Virus record (IMG/VR): IMGVR_UViG_2974613666_000001
Coordinates: 64,001-128,000 of that record
Reading direction: 5' to 3' (one strand)
DNA from: a virus
Lineage: Duplodnaviria; Caudoviricetes
Length of the DNA: 64,000 nucleotides
In this document: positions 1-9,186 of the stretch, one piece after another
How positions within the stretch are numbered: position 1 is the stretch's first letter
How the letters are laid out: each line of letters begins with the position of its first letter
Program-made: the position numbers and the translations under genes
The notes under the pieces: model-generated
Databases searched by the model: none
What the model was told of the DNA's origin: nothing
Seen by the model: only the letters and a program-made list of their open reading frames with translations

Positions 1-2
1 AG

Positions 3-1025
3 GCACGATCGCTCGTAACCAACTTAACTAATGCACGGGAGACACTTAAAGAGCTAGGTAATTACAAGCGTGATAAAGATGGAAGTTGGTATTCTCCCGA
101 CTATGAGGATTTTAAACAAGACAAAGAATACAGTGATGATATTAAGTCAGCACAGAACGAAATTAAGGACACCTACACCCGATTACTACCATCAACCAAA
201 ATCAAAGGACTGCAACCAGATTTACTTGGTGGTGACATGACTGCGATCATTTCTCTCCCAGGTGGTGGTACTGAGGTGTGGAACACTTCAAAGGTCAAAC
301 CTGCTAAGGATGTACCTAGCTTGCAAGATAAGGAAAGTGGTCTGTATGTTTATCCCACGTTGCCGGGGCAGGAAGGTAAGGTTGAAAGCAAGCAGGAAAG
401 TAAGGGTAAGTCTGAACCTGCGGCTAAAACAGAAACTAAACCAAACAAGAAGTTAAGCGACTTTCAGACCAAACTAAGTGCTGCAAAACCCTCAGAACAG
501 TCTGATATGTATTTTGAAGCTAAAAAAGAAATATCTGATTATGATGACAGGTTAGCCAATCCAAAAAAATCAATAATGAAGCGAGGTAATAAGTATTTTC
601 TCACTGATGGACAAGGAGATCCAATAGGCGAGGGCTACAGAACCCAAAAAGAAGCTGTTGCACTAGAAATAGAAGCTACTAACCAGAAACGGGATGAAGC
701 AATAGATAAGATGAAAGAGGCTTACAAAGCTGTACAACCATCAACAGATTTAGGCAAAATTAGCCGTGAGTTCAGGGATAGTAGAGATAATCAAGGCAAC
801 TTCATAGGTGAAATTAAGTTCCCCAACGGTAAAGTAGAGAAAGTACCAGCAACAACAGCAGCGCCTACAGCAAGACTGGGTGAAGATTTACCTTACCACG
901 AGGATACCGTTATGGAGAGATTTATTTACCCTCGGTTCCCTGCTAAATCTAAACCTGATAAAGAGGAAGAAATGATGGCAGGGGCTTCTAACTCAGCAGC
1001 TAGTCCTCGTAGTGGGGGTTTGTAA
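3..1025 (+). CDS. 3' part of a large Lys/Glu-rich hypothetical phage protein (starts upstream of the window)
   Basis: The frame of ORF 237..1025 is open back to position 3 with no stop codon. Confidence 0.7.
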   Translation, partial: ARSLVTNLTNARETLKELGNYKRDKDGSWYSPDYEDFKQDKEYSDDIKSAQNEIKDTYTRLLPSTKIKGLQPDLLGGDMTAIISLPGGGTEVWNTSKVKPAKDVPSLQDKESGLYVYPTLPGQEGKVESKQESKGKSEPAAKTETKPNKKLSDFQTKLSAAKPSEQSDMYFEAKKEISDYDDRLANPKKSIMKRGNKYFLTDGQGDPIGEGYRTQKEAVALEIEATNQKRDEAIDKMKEAYKAVQPSTDLGKISREFRDSRDNQGNFIGEIKFPNGKVEKVPATTAAPTARLGEDLPYHEDTVMERFIYPRFPAKSKPDKEEEMMAGASNSAASPRSGGL

Positions 1026-1109
1026 CTGTTCGGTAATTTCTACCTATAACTAGACAAACCTAACGGAACGTCCATATAATTAACTCAGTCAAGTAAAGGA
1101 GTTAATTAT

Positions 1110-1748
1110 ATGGAAAACCACGAAGTGATGATTTCAATAGGAGATACTGCTAAAGAACTTGGTGTTTCGGTAAAAACAATTCGCAGATGGGCAAATGCTG
1201 GCAAATTGCGCTTTGAGCGCAGCCCATCAGGTCATAGAAGATTTTTTCTTGCGGATATAAAACGGATAACACCGAGAGATTTTAACAAGCTAGAAGACCG
1301 TGTAACGATTAACTACGCTCGCGTTTCTAGTCATGACCAAAAAGATGATTTAACCCGGCAAATACAAGTATTAGAAGCTTTTAGTGGTACTAATGGCTGG
1401 CAGTTTGAAACTATTCAGGATTTAGGGTCTGGACTCAACTACAACAAAAAAGGACTTCAAAAATTGCTTAAGCGCATCATGAAAGGCGATGTTGGTCGAT
1501 TGGTGGTGACTCATAAAGATAGATTGCTCAGATTTGGCTCAGAACTTGTCTTTGCAATGTGTGAGGAGTACGAGACTGAGGTAGTAATTATCAACAAATC
1601 TGCTGAAGAGATAACATTTGAGCAAGAGCTAGTCACGGACATGATTGAGTTAATCACTGTGTTTTCGGCACGTTTGTATGGTTCTCGGAGTCGCAAAAAT
1701 AAGAAACTTTTAGATAACGTAGCTAAAGCTGTGCAAGAATCTTCCTAA
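1110..1748 (+). CDS. tnpA: IS607-family transposase TnpA (MerR-like HTH + serine recombinase)
   Basis: N-terminal HTH (AKELGVSVKTIRRW..SGHRRF), YARVSS catalytic motif, DLGSGLN, HKDRLLRFG, ELVTDMIELITVFSARLYG. Confidence 0.95.
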   Translation: MENHEVMISIGDTAKELGVSVKTIRRWANAGKLRFERSPSGHRRFFLADIKRITPRDFNKLEDRVTINYARVSSHDQKDDLTRQIQVLEAFSGTNGWQFETIQDLGSGLNYNKKGLQKLLKRIMKGDVGRLVVTHKDRLLRFGSELVFAMCEEYETEVVIINKSAEEITFEQELVTDMIELITVFSARLYGSRSRKNKKLLDNVAKAVQESS

Positions 1749-1750
1749 AT

Positions 1751-3073
1751 ATGTTGACATGGGGTAGATTTGGGTATATATTTAAGAAGTCACCAAAACA
1801 TTGTGAGGTCGAAACAGTGCTGCTTTCCTTTAAAACAAGTCTAATCCCAAATAAAAAACAGGTAACTGCTTTTCGTAAAGCCTCTGGTGTTGCTAGACAC
1901 GCCTATAACTGGGCTAACGCTCAAATACAAGATGCTCTAGCTAATAAAGTTGAAGGAGAGAAACTTAAGGTTCCCAGTTCTATCGACTTGCATAAAAAGC
2001 TAGTTGCCGAAGTTAAACTGGAAAACGCTTGGTACTACGAAGTTAATAAGAACACCCCTCAAAAAGCTTTAGCTGATTTGCGGCAAGCATGGGATAGATG
2101 TTTTAAAAAGACTTCAAAACAACCAAGATTTAAAAAGAAAGGTCAACGAGATTCATTCTATCTAGAGTCAGGCACTAAAGCCAAACCAATGATTAAGAAT
2201 GACGGTAAGAGAATCAAATTACCCTCTATTGGTTGGGTAAGATTAGCCGAGCCTTTACCAATTACAGCAATTCATAATTGCGTTATTTCAAGGCAAGCTG
2301 GTAGATGGTTTATCGCTATTAAATATGAAGTTGAACAGCCAAGTGTTACTAGCGACAGACCGACTATTGGTGTTGATATTGGAATCAAAGAATTAGCTGT
2401 TTGCAGTAATGGCAAAGTGTTCTCTAACCCTAAAGCATACCGACGTATGAGCAAGCGTATGAAGCGTTTGCAGCGTAGTGTAAGCAAAAAAGATAAAGGT
2501 TCTAAAAATCGTAACAAAGCGATTAAAAAACTTGCTAAATTACACGCTAAAGTGTCAAACATCCGTAAAGATTCAATTCACAAATTGACTCACTATCTAG
2601 CTAAAAACCACAGCATTATAAAGATAGAGGATTTACACGTTAAAGCGTTTTTGAAGAATCATAAATTAGCAGGTGCGATTGCTGATTGTGGAATGTATGA
2701 GTTTAAACGTCAGTTGGAGTATAAGACAGAGAAATTTCAAAGTCAGTTAATATTAGTTGACCGATTTTTTCCTAGTTCACAAACTTGTTCTAACTGTGGA
2801 AATCATCGCCATAGAATGCCATTGAAAAACCGCATCTATGTTTGTCCCGATTGTGGTCATACAGAAGACAGAGATTTGAATGCAGCTAAGAATATAGACC
2901 GATGGTTTGAGAATATTTTTATTCCTGAACGGTCAGAAATGGTGAGTTCCACCAAGATAGCCTGTGGAGTAGAAAAACCGCTTAGAAGTCATTCTAAGAC
3001 TACTGTGAAGCAGGAAGTAAGCGCTAAAACTACTGATGTCCAGATAAGTCTAGATTTAAGTAGTTTTGGGTAA
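1751..3073 (+). CDS. tnpB: RNA-guided endonuclease TnpB (IS607 type); true start may be the GTG near 1817
   Basis: RuvC I GVDIGIK, RuvC II IEDL, zinc finger CSNCG..CPDCG, RuvC III DRDLNAAKNI. Confidence 0.95.
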   Translation: MLTWGRFGYIFKKSPKHCEVETVLLSFKTSLIPNKKQVTAFRKASGVARHAYNWANAQIQDALANKVEGEKLKVPSSIDLHKKLVAEVKLENAWYYEVNKNTPQKALADLRQAWDRCFKKTSKQPRFKKKGQRDSFYLESGTKAKPMIKNDGKRIKLPSIGWVRLAEPLPITAIHNCVISRQAGRWFIAIKYEVEQPSVTSDRPTIGVDIGIKELAVCSNGKVFSNPKAYRRMSKRMKRLQRSVSKKDKGSKNRNKAIKKLAKLHAKVSNIRKDSIHKLTHYLAKNHSIIKIEDLHVKAFLKNHKLAGAIADCGMYEFKRQLEYKTEKFQSQLILVDRFFPSSQTCSNCGNHRHRMPLKNRIYVCPDCGHTEDRDLNAAKNIDRWFENIFIPERSEMVSSTKIACGVEKPLRSHSKTTVKQEVSAKTTDVQISLDLSSFG

Positions 3074-3191
3074 GTTTTATAGAACGGCTACTAATTACAT
3101 CTAAATAATCTCGACATCTCATGTATATCACTTATCTGAGATGTTTCTGCTGTTTCAAAAATCTGCTATGATATAGAACTACCAGCATGAA

Positions 3192-4088
3192 ATGGAGTGC
3201 GACAACACCCCAGATCATTTAACTTTCGCTGGTGAGTCCCTTAACAAGTTGAAACACAAGGAACCTATGACAAGTTTAACATTTTCAAAAGAACTCGCTC
3301 AAAGATTACTCGACTCAGACGAAGAATACCCTCTAACTTTAGATTTTGCTTGGCGATGCTTAGGTTACGCCTCTAAACAAAAAGCTAAGGACAAGTTAAC
3401 AAGAAACTTCGATAGAGGTGTTGACTACATCCTCAACCAAATGGTTGAAAATACTGCTGCACAAGGATCACAGACAGCAGGTCGTTTGTCTGAAGACTTG
3501 AGACTAACAGTTGAGTGTTTCAAATCTCTAGGAATGATGGCAGGTACAGAACAAGGTAAAACTGTCAGAAAATACTTCCTTGAATGTGAGAAGGTAGCCT
3601 GGAAAGCCTATAAAGAAAGTCAGCACCAGCCGCAGGTATACCAACTACCACCAGTGGATCGTAGAGTAAACGACTTGATGAACTCAGTAGCAATGATGGA
3701 TAAGCTACTTGGTTTAAATCCTTATATGCAACAGCAATTCAAGGATTTAATCGGTAATATGTTAACAACAGAGAACCAAAAGTCACTACTAGGAGAGCAA
3801 ACAGACTTCAGAGGAATTGTTGCACTAGCTGAGGACTTAGGTTTTAAAGTCTCAATTAAAGGCGACAAATGCAGAACTAATCTTGGCAAATTCATTAAAA
3901 TAGCTGCGCCGCATCTCGCCAATAAGAAAGAGAAAAGACTGTGCAACGAGACTCAACGACCAATATATGTTTACCCGTTGCATATTCCAGAAGTTAAGCA
4001 AGAGTTAACAGCATTGGTTTACGAGTTCTTTGAGGTTGCACCAATAACTAAGACCTTACCTATGAGACAGGTAGAATATCTGAACTAA
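3192..4088 (+). CDS. Phage antirepressor-like protein (AntA/AntB-type N-terminal domain)
   Basis: AWRCLGYASKQKAK..NFDRGVDY and LTVECFKSLGMMAGTEQGKTVRKYFLECEK resemble antirepressor motifs. Confidence 0.75.
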   Translation: MECDNTPDHLTFAGESLNKLKHKEPMTSLTFSKELAQRLLDSDEEYPLTLDFAWRCLGYASKQKAKDKLTRNFDRGVDYILNQMVENTAAQGSQTAGRLSEDLRLTVECFKSLGMMAGTEQGKTVRKYFLECEKVAWKAYKESQHQPQVYQLPPVDRRVNDLMNSVAMMDKLLGLNPYMQQQFKDLIGNMLTTENQKSLLGEQTDFRGIVALAEDLGFKVSIKGDKCRTNLGKFIKIAAPHLANKKEKRLCNETQRPIYVYPLHIPEVKQELTALVYEFFEVAPITKTLPMRQVEYLN

Positions 4089-4320
4089 CAAGCACATAAC
4101 CAGCACTTAACCTCATACAACCAATAAACCCCAAAAGCCTAGCAGACAACAATGATCGCTGGGCTTTTATCATATTCTAACTAAGTATAAAGAGTTGATA
4201 ACAGTATATAAAATATTACCTACCAAATCTTAAAAAGTGTGATAAATTAATATAATAGATATATTGCAATTTTTACCATAATGTGCATCTACCGTATCAC
4301 CACTACAACAGGAGGGGGAT

Positions 4321-4731
4321 ATGTGCTATTTAGAGACGGTACACGATCGCAGTAGAGAACCTGAAATTACAAACTTGCAGGGTGTCACCACTGTACTGGT
4401 AGGCAGATTTGCAGTATCTGATATTGTACTAAGCTACAAGTTTATTTCACGGCTACAGTGCGGTATTGCACTATTCCCATTGAAAAGTCATCCCGTATGG
4501 ATTGTTAAAGATGGATCACTAATTGATGACAAAAGAAACAGTAGTTATGGCACGTATGTGAACGGTTATAAATTAGGTGACATTGAGATACGACAACTAA
4601 AACCAGGAGACTTGATTAGTTTCGCCAATAAAGCCTACCCGCATATTATCTTTAATTGTGAAAAGGAAGATAACAATGAGAAGAACAGCGAAACTTTTGG
4701 GTGCGAATTTCCAGAAGATATTGAGCAATAA
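4321..4731 (+). CDS. FHA domain protein
   Basis: VGR..SDIVL..ISR, SSYGTYVNG and LKPGDLI motifs of the FHA fold. Confidence 0.85.
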   Translation: MCYLETVHDRSREPEITNLQGVTTVLVGRFAVSDIVLSYKFISRLQCGIALFPLKSHPVWIVKDGSLIDDKRNSSYGTYVNGYKLGDIEIRQLKPGDLISFANKAYPHIIFNCEKEDNNEKNSETFGCEFPEDIEQ

Positions 4732-5302
4732 AAAGCTCATCATATTTATTAGTATCACCAGTGGTAGTGTTAGTATCTTCTACGTTGTGGGCTATATGCT
4801 GCCAGATTTCAATGCTCGTTTCGGTGCAGCTTTTTCTATATTTTCCACAGCGATAGGGCTATGGGTGAAATCTGATGCGGATCTGAGTAAGAGATGCCGA
4901 GAAACAGAACAGGTCGAAGCAAACTTTAATCAAGAATTAAAAACACTAAAACAAGATATAGTGAAATCTCTGGATAAAGTGCTACTAGAGAGTAATTCTA
5001 AAGATGACTCGCACAGTAAGGATATCAACGCAGCGCTGCGATCAATTGACAGAGTAGAAGTTGCTTTGAACCAACATATAAAGTCAGCAGGACATAGTGA
5101 TACGCGAGTTGCTCTGGCTGATATAAGGGCTGAACTTAGTTTCCTTAAGTTACGGCAGTCACAAATTACCGACGACATAAAGACAAAGCAGAACCTAGAT
5201 ATAGTTACCACGAGTATCAGAGACTTAACAGCACAAGTTAATAGTCTCAAACTCCAGATACAGCAAATAACACCATCTGATTCAGAAGGTGTAAGTGGTT
5301 GA
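4658..5302 (+). CDS. Two-TM membrane protein with C-terminal coiled coil
   Basis: Two hydrophobic stretches followed by a heptad-like tail. Confidence 0.6.
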   Translation: MKRKITMRRTAKLLGANFQKILSNKKLIIFISITSGSVSIFYVVGYMLPDFNARFGAAFSIFSTAIGLWVKSDADLSKRCRETEQVEANFNQELKTLKQDIVKSLDKVLLESNSKDDSHSKDINAALRSIDRVEVALNQHIKSAGHSDTRVALADIRAELSFLKLRQSQITDDIKTKQNLDIVTTSIRDLTAQVNSLKLQIQQITPSDSEGVSG

Positions 5303-5322
5303 GTATTTGGTTGGTTGTAATA

Positions 5323-5661
5323 TTAAGCGGCTATTGCGGTGAAATTACATTGGTCATTTTCGTTAGTCATGGTGTAGCTCTTAAGAGCAAATTTATAAGC
5401 CATCATGTAGTGACTGAACCTTTCAACCTCAGCGCCATCAACAATGATCACCCAAGGTTCAAAACTGTCACCATCATTAACTAACATGGCTTCTGGTTTA
5501 ACAGGTAATAAGGTTAGCTGAGGTTGGTGGTTAAGGATTGCTGTAACCCAGGTTGCTTTATAGCGTTTATCTCCTTTTGGTGTGATACCAAGTTGAGATG
5601 CGATCGTTTTTAAGGTGCGGAGTTTTTTATGGTTGAGTTGTTTTTCGTTAAATTGTGGCAT
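5323..5661 (-). CDS. Hypothetical protein (likely start MPQFN; the ORF track extends it to 5766)
   Basis: The upstream part of the called ORF overlaps a promoter (TTGGCA-N18-TATTAT at ~5766-5737), so the internal ATG is preferred. Confidence 0.55.
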   Translation of the reverse strand: MPQFNEKQLNHKKLRTLKTIASQLGITPKGDKRYKATWVTAILNHQPQLTLLPVKPEAMLVNDGDSFEPWVIIVDGAEVERFSHYMMAYKFALKSYTMTNENDQCNFTAIAA

Positions 5662-5780
5662 GATAGTAGAGCCTTTAAATGGGGTGAAGCAGTTGCCAAA
5701 GTTTCCAGCCCAAGCAACTGCTTCTTTATGCCTACTATAATAAACCCTCGGTTTAGGGTTTGCCAAGTAATTGCTAAATG

Positions 5781-6146
5781 TTAAACCTGATCAACGCGAA
5801 CTGGTAGATCCGAGCGATCAGGCTCACGACTGTAAGCCATCCCAGAAAGGTCAAGCCCCAATACCACATAACCCTCTACCAAAGCTGGATAGTCCTCTAG
5901 CACGTAGGTTATTCTAATCTTCGCAAGCTGTTGTCCCGTGTACTTTTTAGTTGAGCGATCAAACTCTCGCAACAGGATGTAATCACCGACTTTGAAATTG
6001 CGATCGTTGTTACGCACTTCAAAGGGCTTCTTCTTTGTGGCAACTAATCCAAAATAGTAAGGATCTACTTTCAGATCGTGTGTAACTGACATTCTTAAAT
6101 CTACATCCTGTAATGCTTTGGTGTAGCTATCTGACATCTGTTTCAC
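5781..6146 (-). CDS. DUF3850 / ASCH-PUA-like domain protein
   Basis: HDLKVDPYYF..KKPFEVRNNDRNFKVGDYILLREFD..YTG..ITYVL..GYVVLG. Confidence 0.85.
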   Translation of the reverse strand: MKQMSDSYTKALQDVDLRMSVTHDLKVDPYYFGLVATKKKPFEVRNNDRNFKVGDYILLREFDRSTKKYTGQQLAKIRITYVLEDYPALVEGYVVLGLDLSGMAYSREPDRSDLPVRVDQV

Positions 6147-6245
6147 CTCTGTAATTAATGACTAAAGCATTACACACTTGTTTACCGCTTGTCAAGTCTC
6201 GGTTTAGGGTTTACTATATAAAAGTAACCACAAGTTAGAGGATAG

Positions 6246-6503
6246 ATGCAACTAGAACGAAAAATACACAAAGATGTAACAGGACTAGGGGAGCGAATAC
6301 GACAAGCCAGAATTGCCGACAAGCGATCGCTCCCCAAGTTAGCCGAGCTTGCTGGTATAAGCCACACATACTGGCGGGAAGTGGAAGCAGAGACAGTTAA
6401 GAACCTACAAGAACACACACTTGCCGGAATTGAGAAGGCGTTAGGTGTAAACTTTGGATTGACACTCCCCACGTCTAAAGCCGGGGGATTCTTGCCCACC
6501 TGA
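6246..6503 (+). CDS. Xre-family HTH regulator whose last 14 codons come from an IS end
   Basis: LGERIRQAR..SLPKLAELAGISHTYWREVE. The tail LTLPTSKAGGFLPT is translated IS200/IS605 right-end hairpin. Confidence 0.85.
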   Translation: MQLERKIHKDVTGLGERIRQARIADKRSLPKLAELAGISHTYWREVEAETVKNLQEHTLAGIEKALGVNFGLTLPTSKAGGFLPT

Positions 6504-6615
6504 AAAAGGCGACAACGGGACATTCAAGTATCCCTCTACTCACTCAAAGAGCTTTTGCTCTCATTCGCGCATACTTTCTGAGTCAACCCATTATGGGGAA
6601 CCTCGCTAGGCTTCT
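6459..6615 (-). mobile_element. Remnant IS200/IS605 right end / orphan TnpB omegaRNA-like scaffold
   Basis: Minus strand GAATCCCCCGGCTTTAGACGTGGGGAGTGTCAA is nearly identical to the right end of the 41866-43428 element (GAATCCCCTCGCCTTTAGGCAGGGGAGTGTCAA). The far boundary is approximate. Confidence 0.75.
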
Positions 6616-6684
6616 TGAATAAACTTGAGATTGATAAAGGAAGCTACAGCGATATTGTTGCTGATGACGAGGATGATACGTTAG

Positions 6685-6885
6685 ATGAAATCAAAGCAGC
6701 CTAAAACCCTACAAGATAAAATCAAAGATTTACCACCTGAAAGACAACAAGTGATCGCACTTCGTCACGATCAGTTGGTAGCCGATGAGTTAGCTAGACA
6801 GGAGGTACACATAAAAGATTTAAACGCTTTTTATGAAATTTACGACGAATACAGGGAAGTATTTGAGAATCTAGCCAAAAATTGA
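6685..6885 (+). CDS. Small protein resembling antitoxin segments (no DNA-binding domain)
   Basis: The N-terminus KTLQDKIKDLPPERQQ..QLVADEL resembles Xre/HigA-type antitoxin N-termini. The C-terminus YREVFENLAK resembles AbrB/Phd-type antitoxin tails. Confidence 0.5.
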   Translation: MKSKQPKTLQDKIKDLPPERQQVIALRHDQLVADELARQEVHIKDLNAFYEIYDEYREVFENLAKN

Positions 6886-6958
6886 TAAGTAATAGCAAAA
6901 ACAGCAAAACCCCTTAGAATTAACGTTCTAAGGGGTTTATTTTGTCCAGGTGGTGAAG

Positions 6959-7306
6959 TTAATCCATTTCAATATAATTAGTCAACACATAAGCTGCTAC
7001 AGCCGTCCAGTAGTCCTTAAAGTTGGGAGCTAAACCGTTCCAAGGTTTTAACCCTAACCCCCAGCTAGCAGCGTCACCGTAGGCTTGATATAGCTTTGGT
7101 GCGAGATTGTCTACTGCGTTAGGTTCTGCTGTATTAGGTTCTGGTTCCTGGTCTACTTCAGGCTCTAACTCAACTTCGTGGGAGTCTGTATCAACTTCAG
7201 GCGAAGATGTACGCGATACATTGGCTAGGGGCGATCGCACCTCGAATGCTGATGATGGATCTGTTTCAGTGGGGGTGATCGTTCCTGTCTTCTTTTTTGT
7301 GGTCAT
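6959..7306 (-). CDS. Hypothetical protein
   Basis: 115-aa ORF followed by a hairpin terminator at ~6907-6938. Confidence 0.6.
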   Translation of the reverse strand: MTTKKKTGTITPTETDPSSAFEVRSPLANVSRTSSPEVDTDSHEVELEPEVDQEPEPNTAEPNAVDNLAPKLYQAYGDAASWGLGLKPWNGLAPNFKDYWTAVAAYVLTNYIEMD

Positions 7307-7468
7307 TTTGGTTGTGGGTATGGGTTTGTATTGATTGTATCTATTGTATCACGTGGGCAGTGAAGACTGAAAAGTGAGTGTCTTTGTTAAAAAGTGAGTG
7401 TCTTCTGGTATGATAGAGAAAAGAAAACCCCAGTCACAATAACTGAGGTTGGAAAGCTTTAAATTTGA

Positions 7469-8980
7469 TTAGTTAGTTCTGTAGCTCTTGAAAGCCGTTT
7501 TTAGCCCATGCTGAACACGGCTTTCAATGTCTTTGGTGAACCATTCCAGGCAATACTCATCTATTTCTGGATCTCTTCTGAGTATTTTTAAGTCAGCTAG
7601 GAATTTTTTATTGTGTAGCACAACGCACTCGTCAATTAGGTCTTTCAGTTCTGGCAAAAAGAAGTGTTCTCGTTTTGGCTTACTGAAATGGGTGAACTGT
7701 GGATAAACCCAAGCTTCGGTTTTAAAGTTGAAATCTCCTGAGTTAACGTCTAGATCATTGTTGCAAACACAAGCAATGTATAGGTTGGCTTCCCAGTAAG
7801 CTGTGAGCCTTGCATCAATAGATGTAGATGGCTCAAGCATTGCCCTACTTGTACTCTTAAGGCAGTTCAGCCATTTCTTAGACTGCTCATAGTGTTCAAT
7901 AGCTTCTAGCACCTTTTGACAGGTATCCGGGCAATGCCTGATTAGTCTGTCTGTAACTTGAGTAGAGATTATCCTATGCTCAAGCATAACAGCGAATATG
8001 TCGCGCACTTTGAAATCTTGAGGGTAGCCCGCAACTATAGACTTGCATAGTCTGTAGATTATACGCTCGTGTTCCAATTCTTCCTTATCGCGTCTTATAC
8101 TGTCGTTAATGTCTATAAGATCGCGACGTTCACCAAATACCGTGAACCTATCTCTGCTTTGATATAGCTCTGTTTGCTCATAAAGGTAGTCGAAGTCCAT
8201 CTGAAATAAGTCTGACCACTCTTTGTCTTTAACTATGTGTCCTTTTCCGGGCAAGCCTTTCTTAGCTATTATGTCAGCCGGGGCAGACGCTACGACGGCT
8301 TTTATTTTATCTCTGGAAAGCTGTAGCAATGATTCTACCCCTGTGTCCTTACGTGCCTTATAAATGAACCAGAACGCATTCTTAATCATGTACATTGCCT
8401 TGAACACGTTTCGCTGTATTTGAGGAGCTAGCACAGACAAATCATTGAAGTATTCAGCAGACCCCATGATCTTGGTGAGGTCTTGTAAGAGGGGGGATGC
8501 TTGGTTAGTAACATAAAACTCTAAGCTGTCTATTTTATGCTCCTGACGACGTTTAATCTCTTTCAACACGTCTATTTGGCGCTGCAAAGCCTCTATATCA
8601 GCATCACTACCTTGGTGCATCTTAAACTTGGTCAAATCCTGAATAAATGCAGTAATGCCAATACGTCCTAGAGAAATTAAGGCTTTAATTGCTTCTGGTC
8701 TTTTTTCTGAGGCGTAGTAGGAGATTACGGCATGGCAGACTATAGAGTTGTAGACTTTCTGGTATTGGTGATCACAGATGACTAAATCAGATTCTTTTTT
8801 TCCGAATAGATTAAACAATTCAGAAAAATTAGATTTATTCTGCATCGCGTTATTTATCAGAGAGGATACAGCCTGTTGTGATACCCCTGACATCCTAGCG
8901 ATCGCTGTTTGGTTCATCCCACTTACACCAGTATCCAGCGATATAAACACTTGATCGTTTGACTCAAATATAAAACTCAT
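7469..8980 (-). CDS. 503-aa protein with an N-terminal HTH/antirepressor-like DNA-binding domain; the rest is unknown
   Basis: TGVSGMNQTAIARMSGVSQQAVSSL..ISYYA..LGRIGITAFIQ pattern. Coupled to the upstream HTH gene by an ATGA overlap. Confidence 0.6.
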   Translation of the reverse strand: MSFIFESNDQVFISLDTGVSGMNQTAIARMSGVSQQAVSSLINNAMQNKSNFSELFNLFGKKESDLVICDHQYQKVYNSIVCHAVISYYASEKRPEAIKALISLGRIGITAFIQDLTKFKMHQGSDADIEALQRQIDVLKEIKRRQEHKIDSLEFYVTNQASPLLQDLTKIMGSAEYFNDLSVLAPQIQRNVFKAMYMIKNAFWFIYKARKDTGVESLLQLSRDKIKAVVASAPADIIAKKGLPGKGHIVKDKEWSDLFQMDFDYLYEQTELYQSRDRFTVFGERRDLIDINDSIRRDKEELEHERIIYRLCKSIVAGYPQDFKVRDIFAVMLEHRIISTQVTDRLIRHCPDTCQKVLEAIEHYEQSKKWLNCLKSTSRAMLEPSTSIDARLTAYWEANLYIACVCNNDLDVNSGDFNFKTEAWVYPQFTHFSKPKREHFFLPELKDLIDECVVLHNKKFLADLKILRRDPEIDEYCLEWFTKDIESRVQHGLKTAFKSYRTN

Positions 8981-9186
8981 GCGTTGTTTCCTTTAGATAC
9001 GTGTTGTGCCAAAACTTCCTGAACTTTTACCAACTTTGCCAGTGATATAGTCTGGTATTGTGTTCGCTCCCACCTAGCTATCTGTTGCCTATGCAAGCCC
9101 AACTGATCAGCTAAAACTTGCTGTGACCAGCCTAGCTGATGTCGCAAATCTATCAGATGTTTAGGCAAGTTCTGTAAATCTATCAT
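8977..9186 (-). CDS. Xre-family HTH regulator
   Basis: LIDLRHQLGWSQQVLADQLGLHRQQIARWE. Confidence 0.9.
   Translation of the reverse strand: MIDLQNLPKHLIDLRHQLGWSQQVLADQLGLHRQQIARWERTQYQTISLAKLVKVQEVLAQHVSKGNNA

Larger units (their letters stand above)
1026..3087 (+). mobile_element. IS607-family insertion sequence
   Basis: tnpA (MerR HTH + serine recombinase) followed by tnpB. Putative ends are CTGTTCGG... and ...GTAAGTTTTATAGAACGG; boundaries are approximate. Confidence 0.85.
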
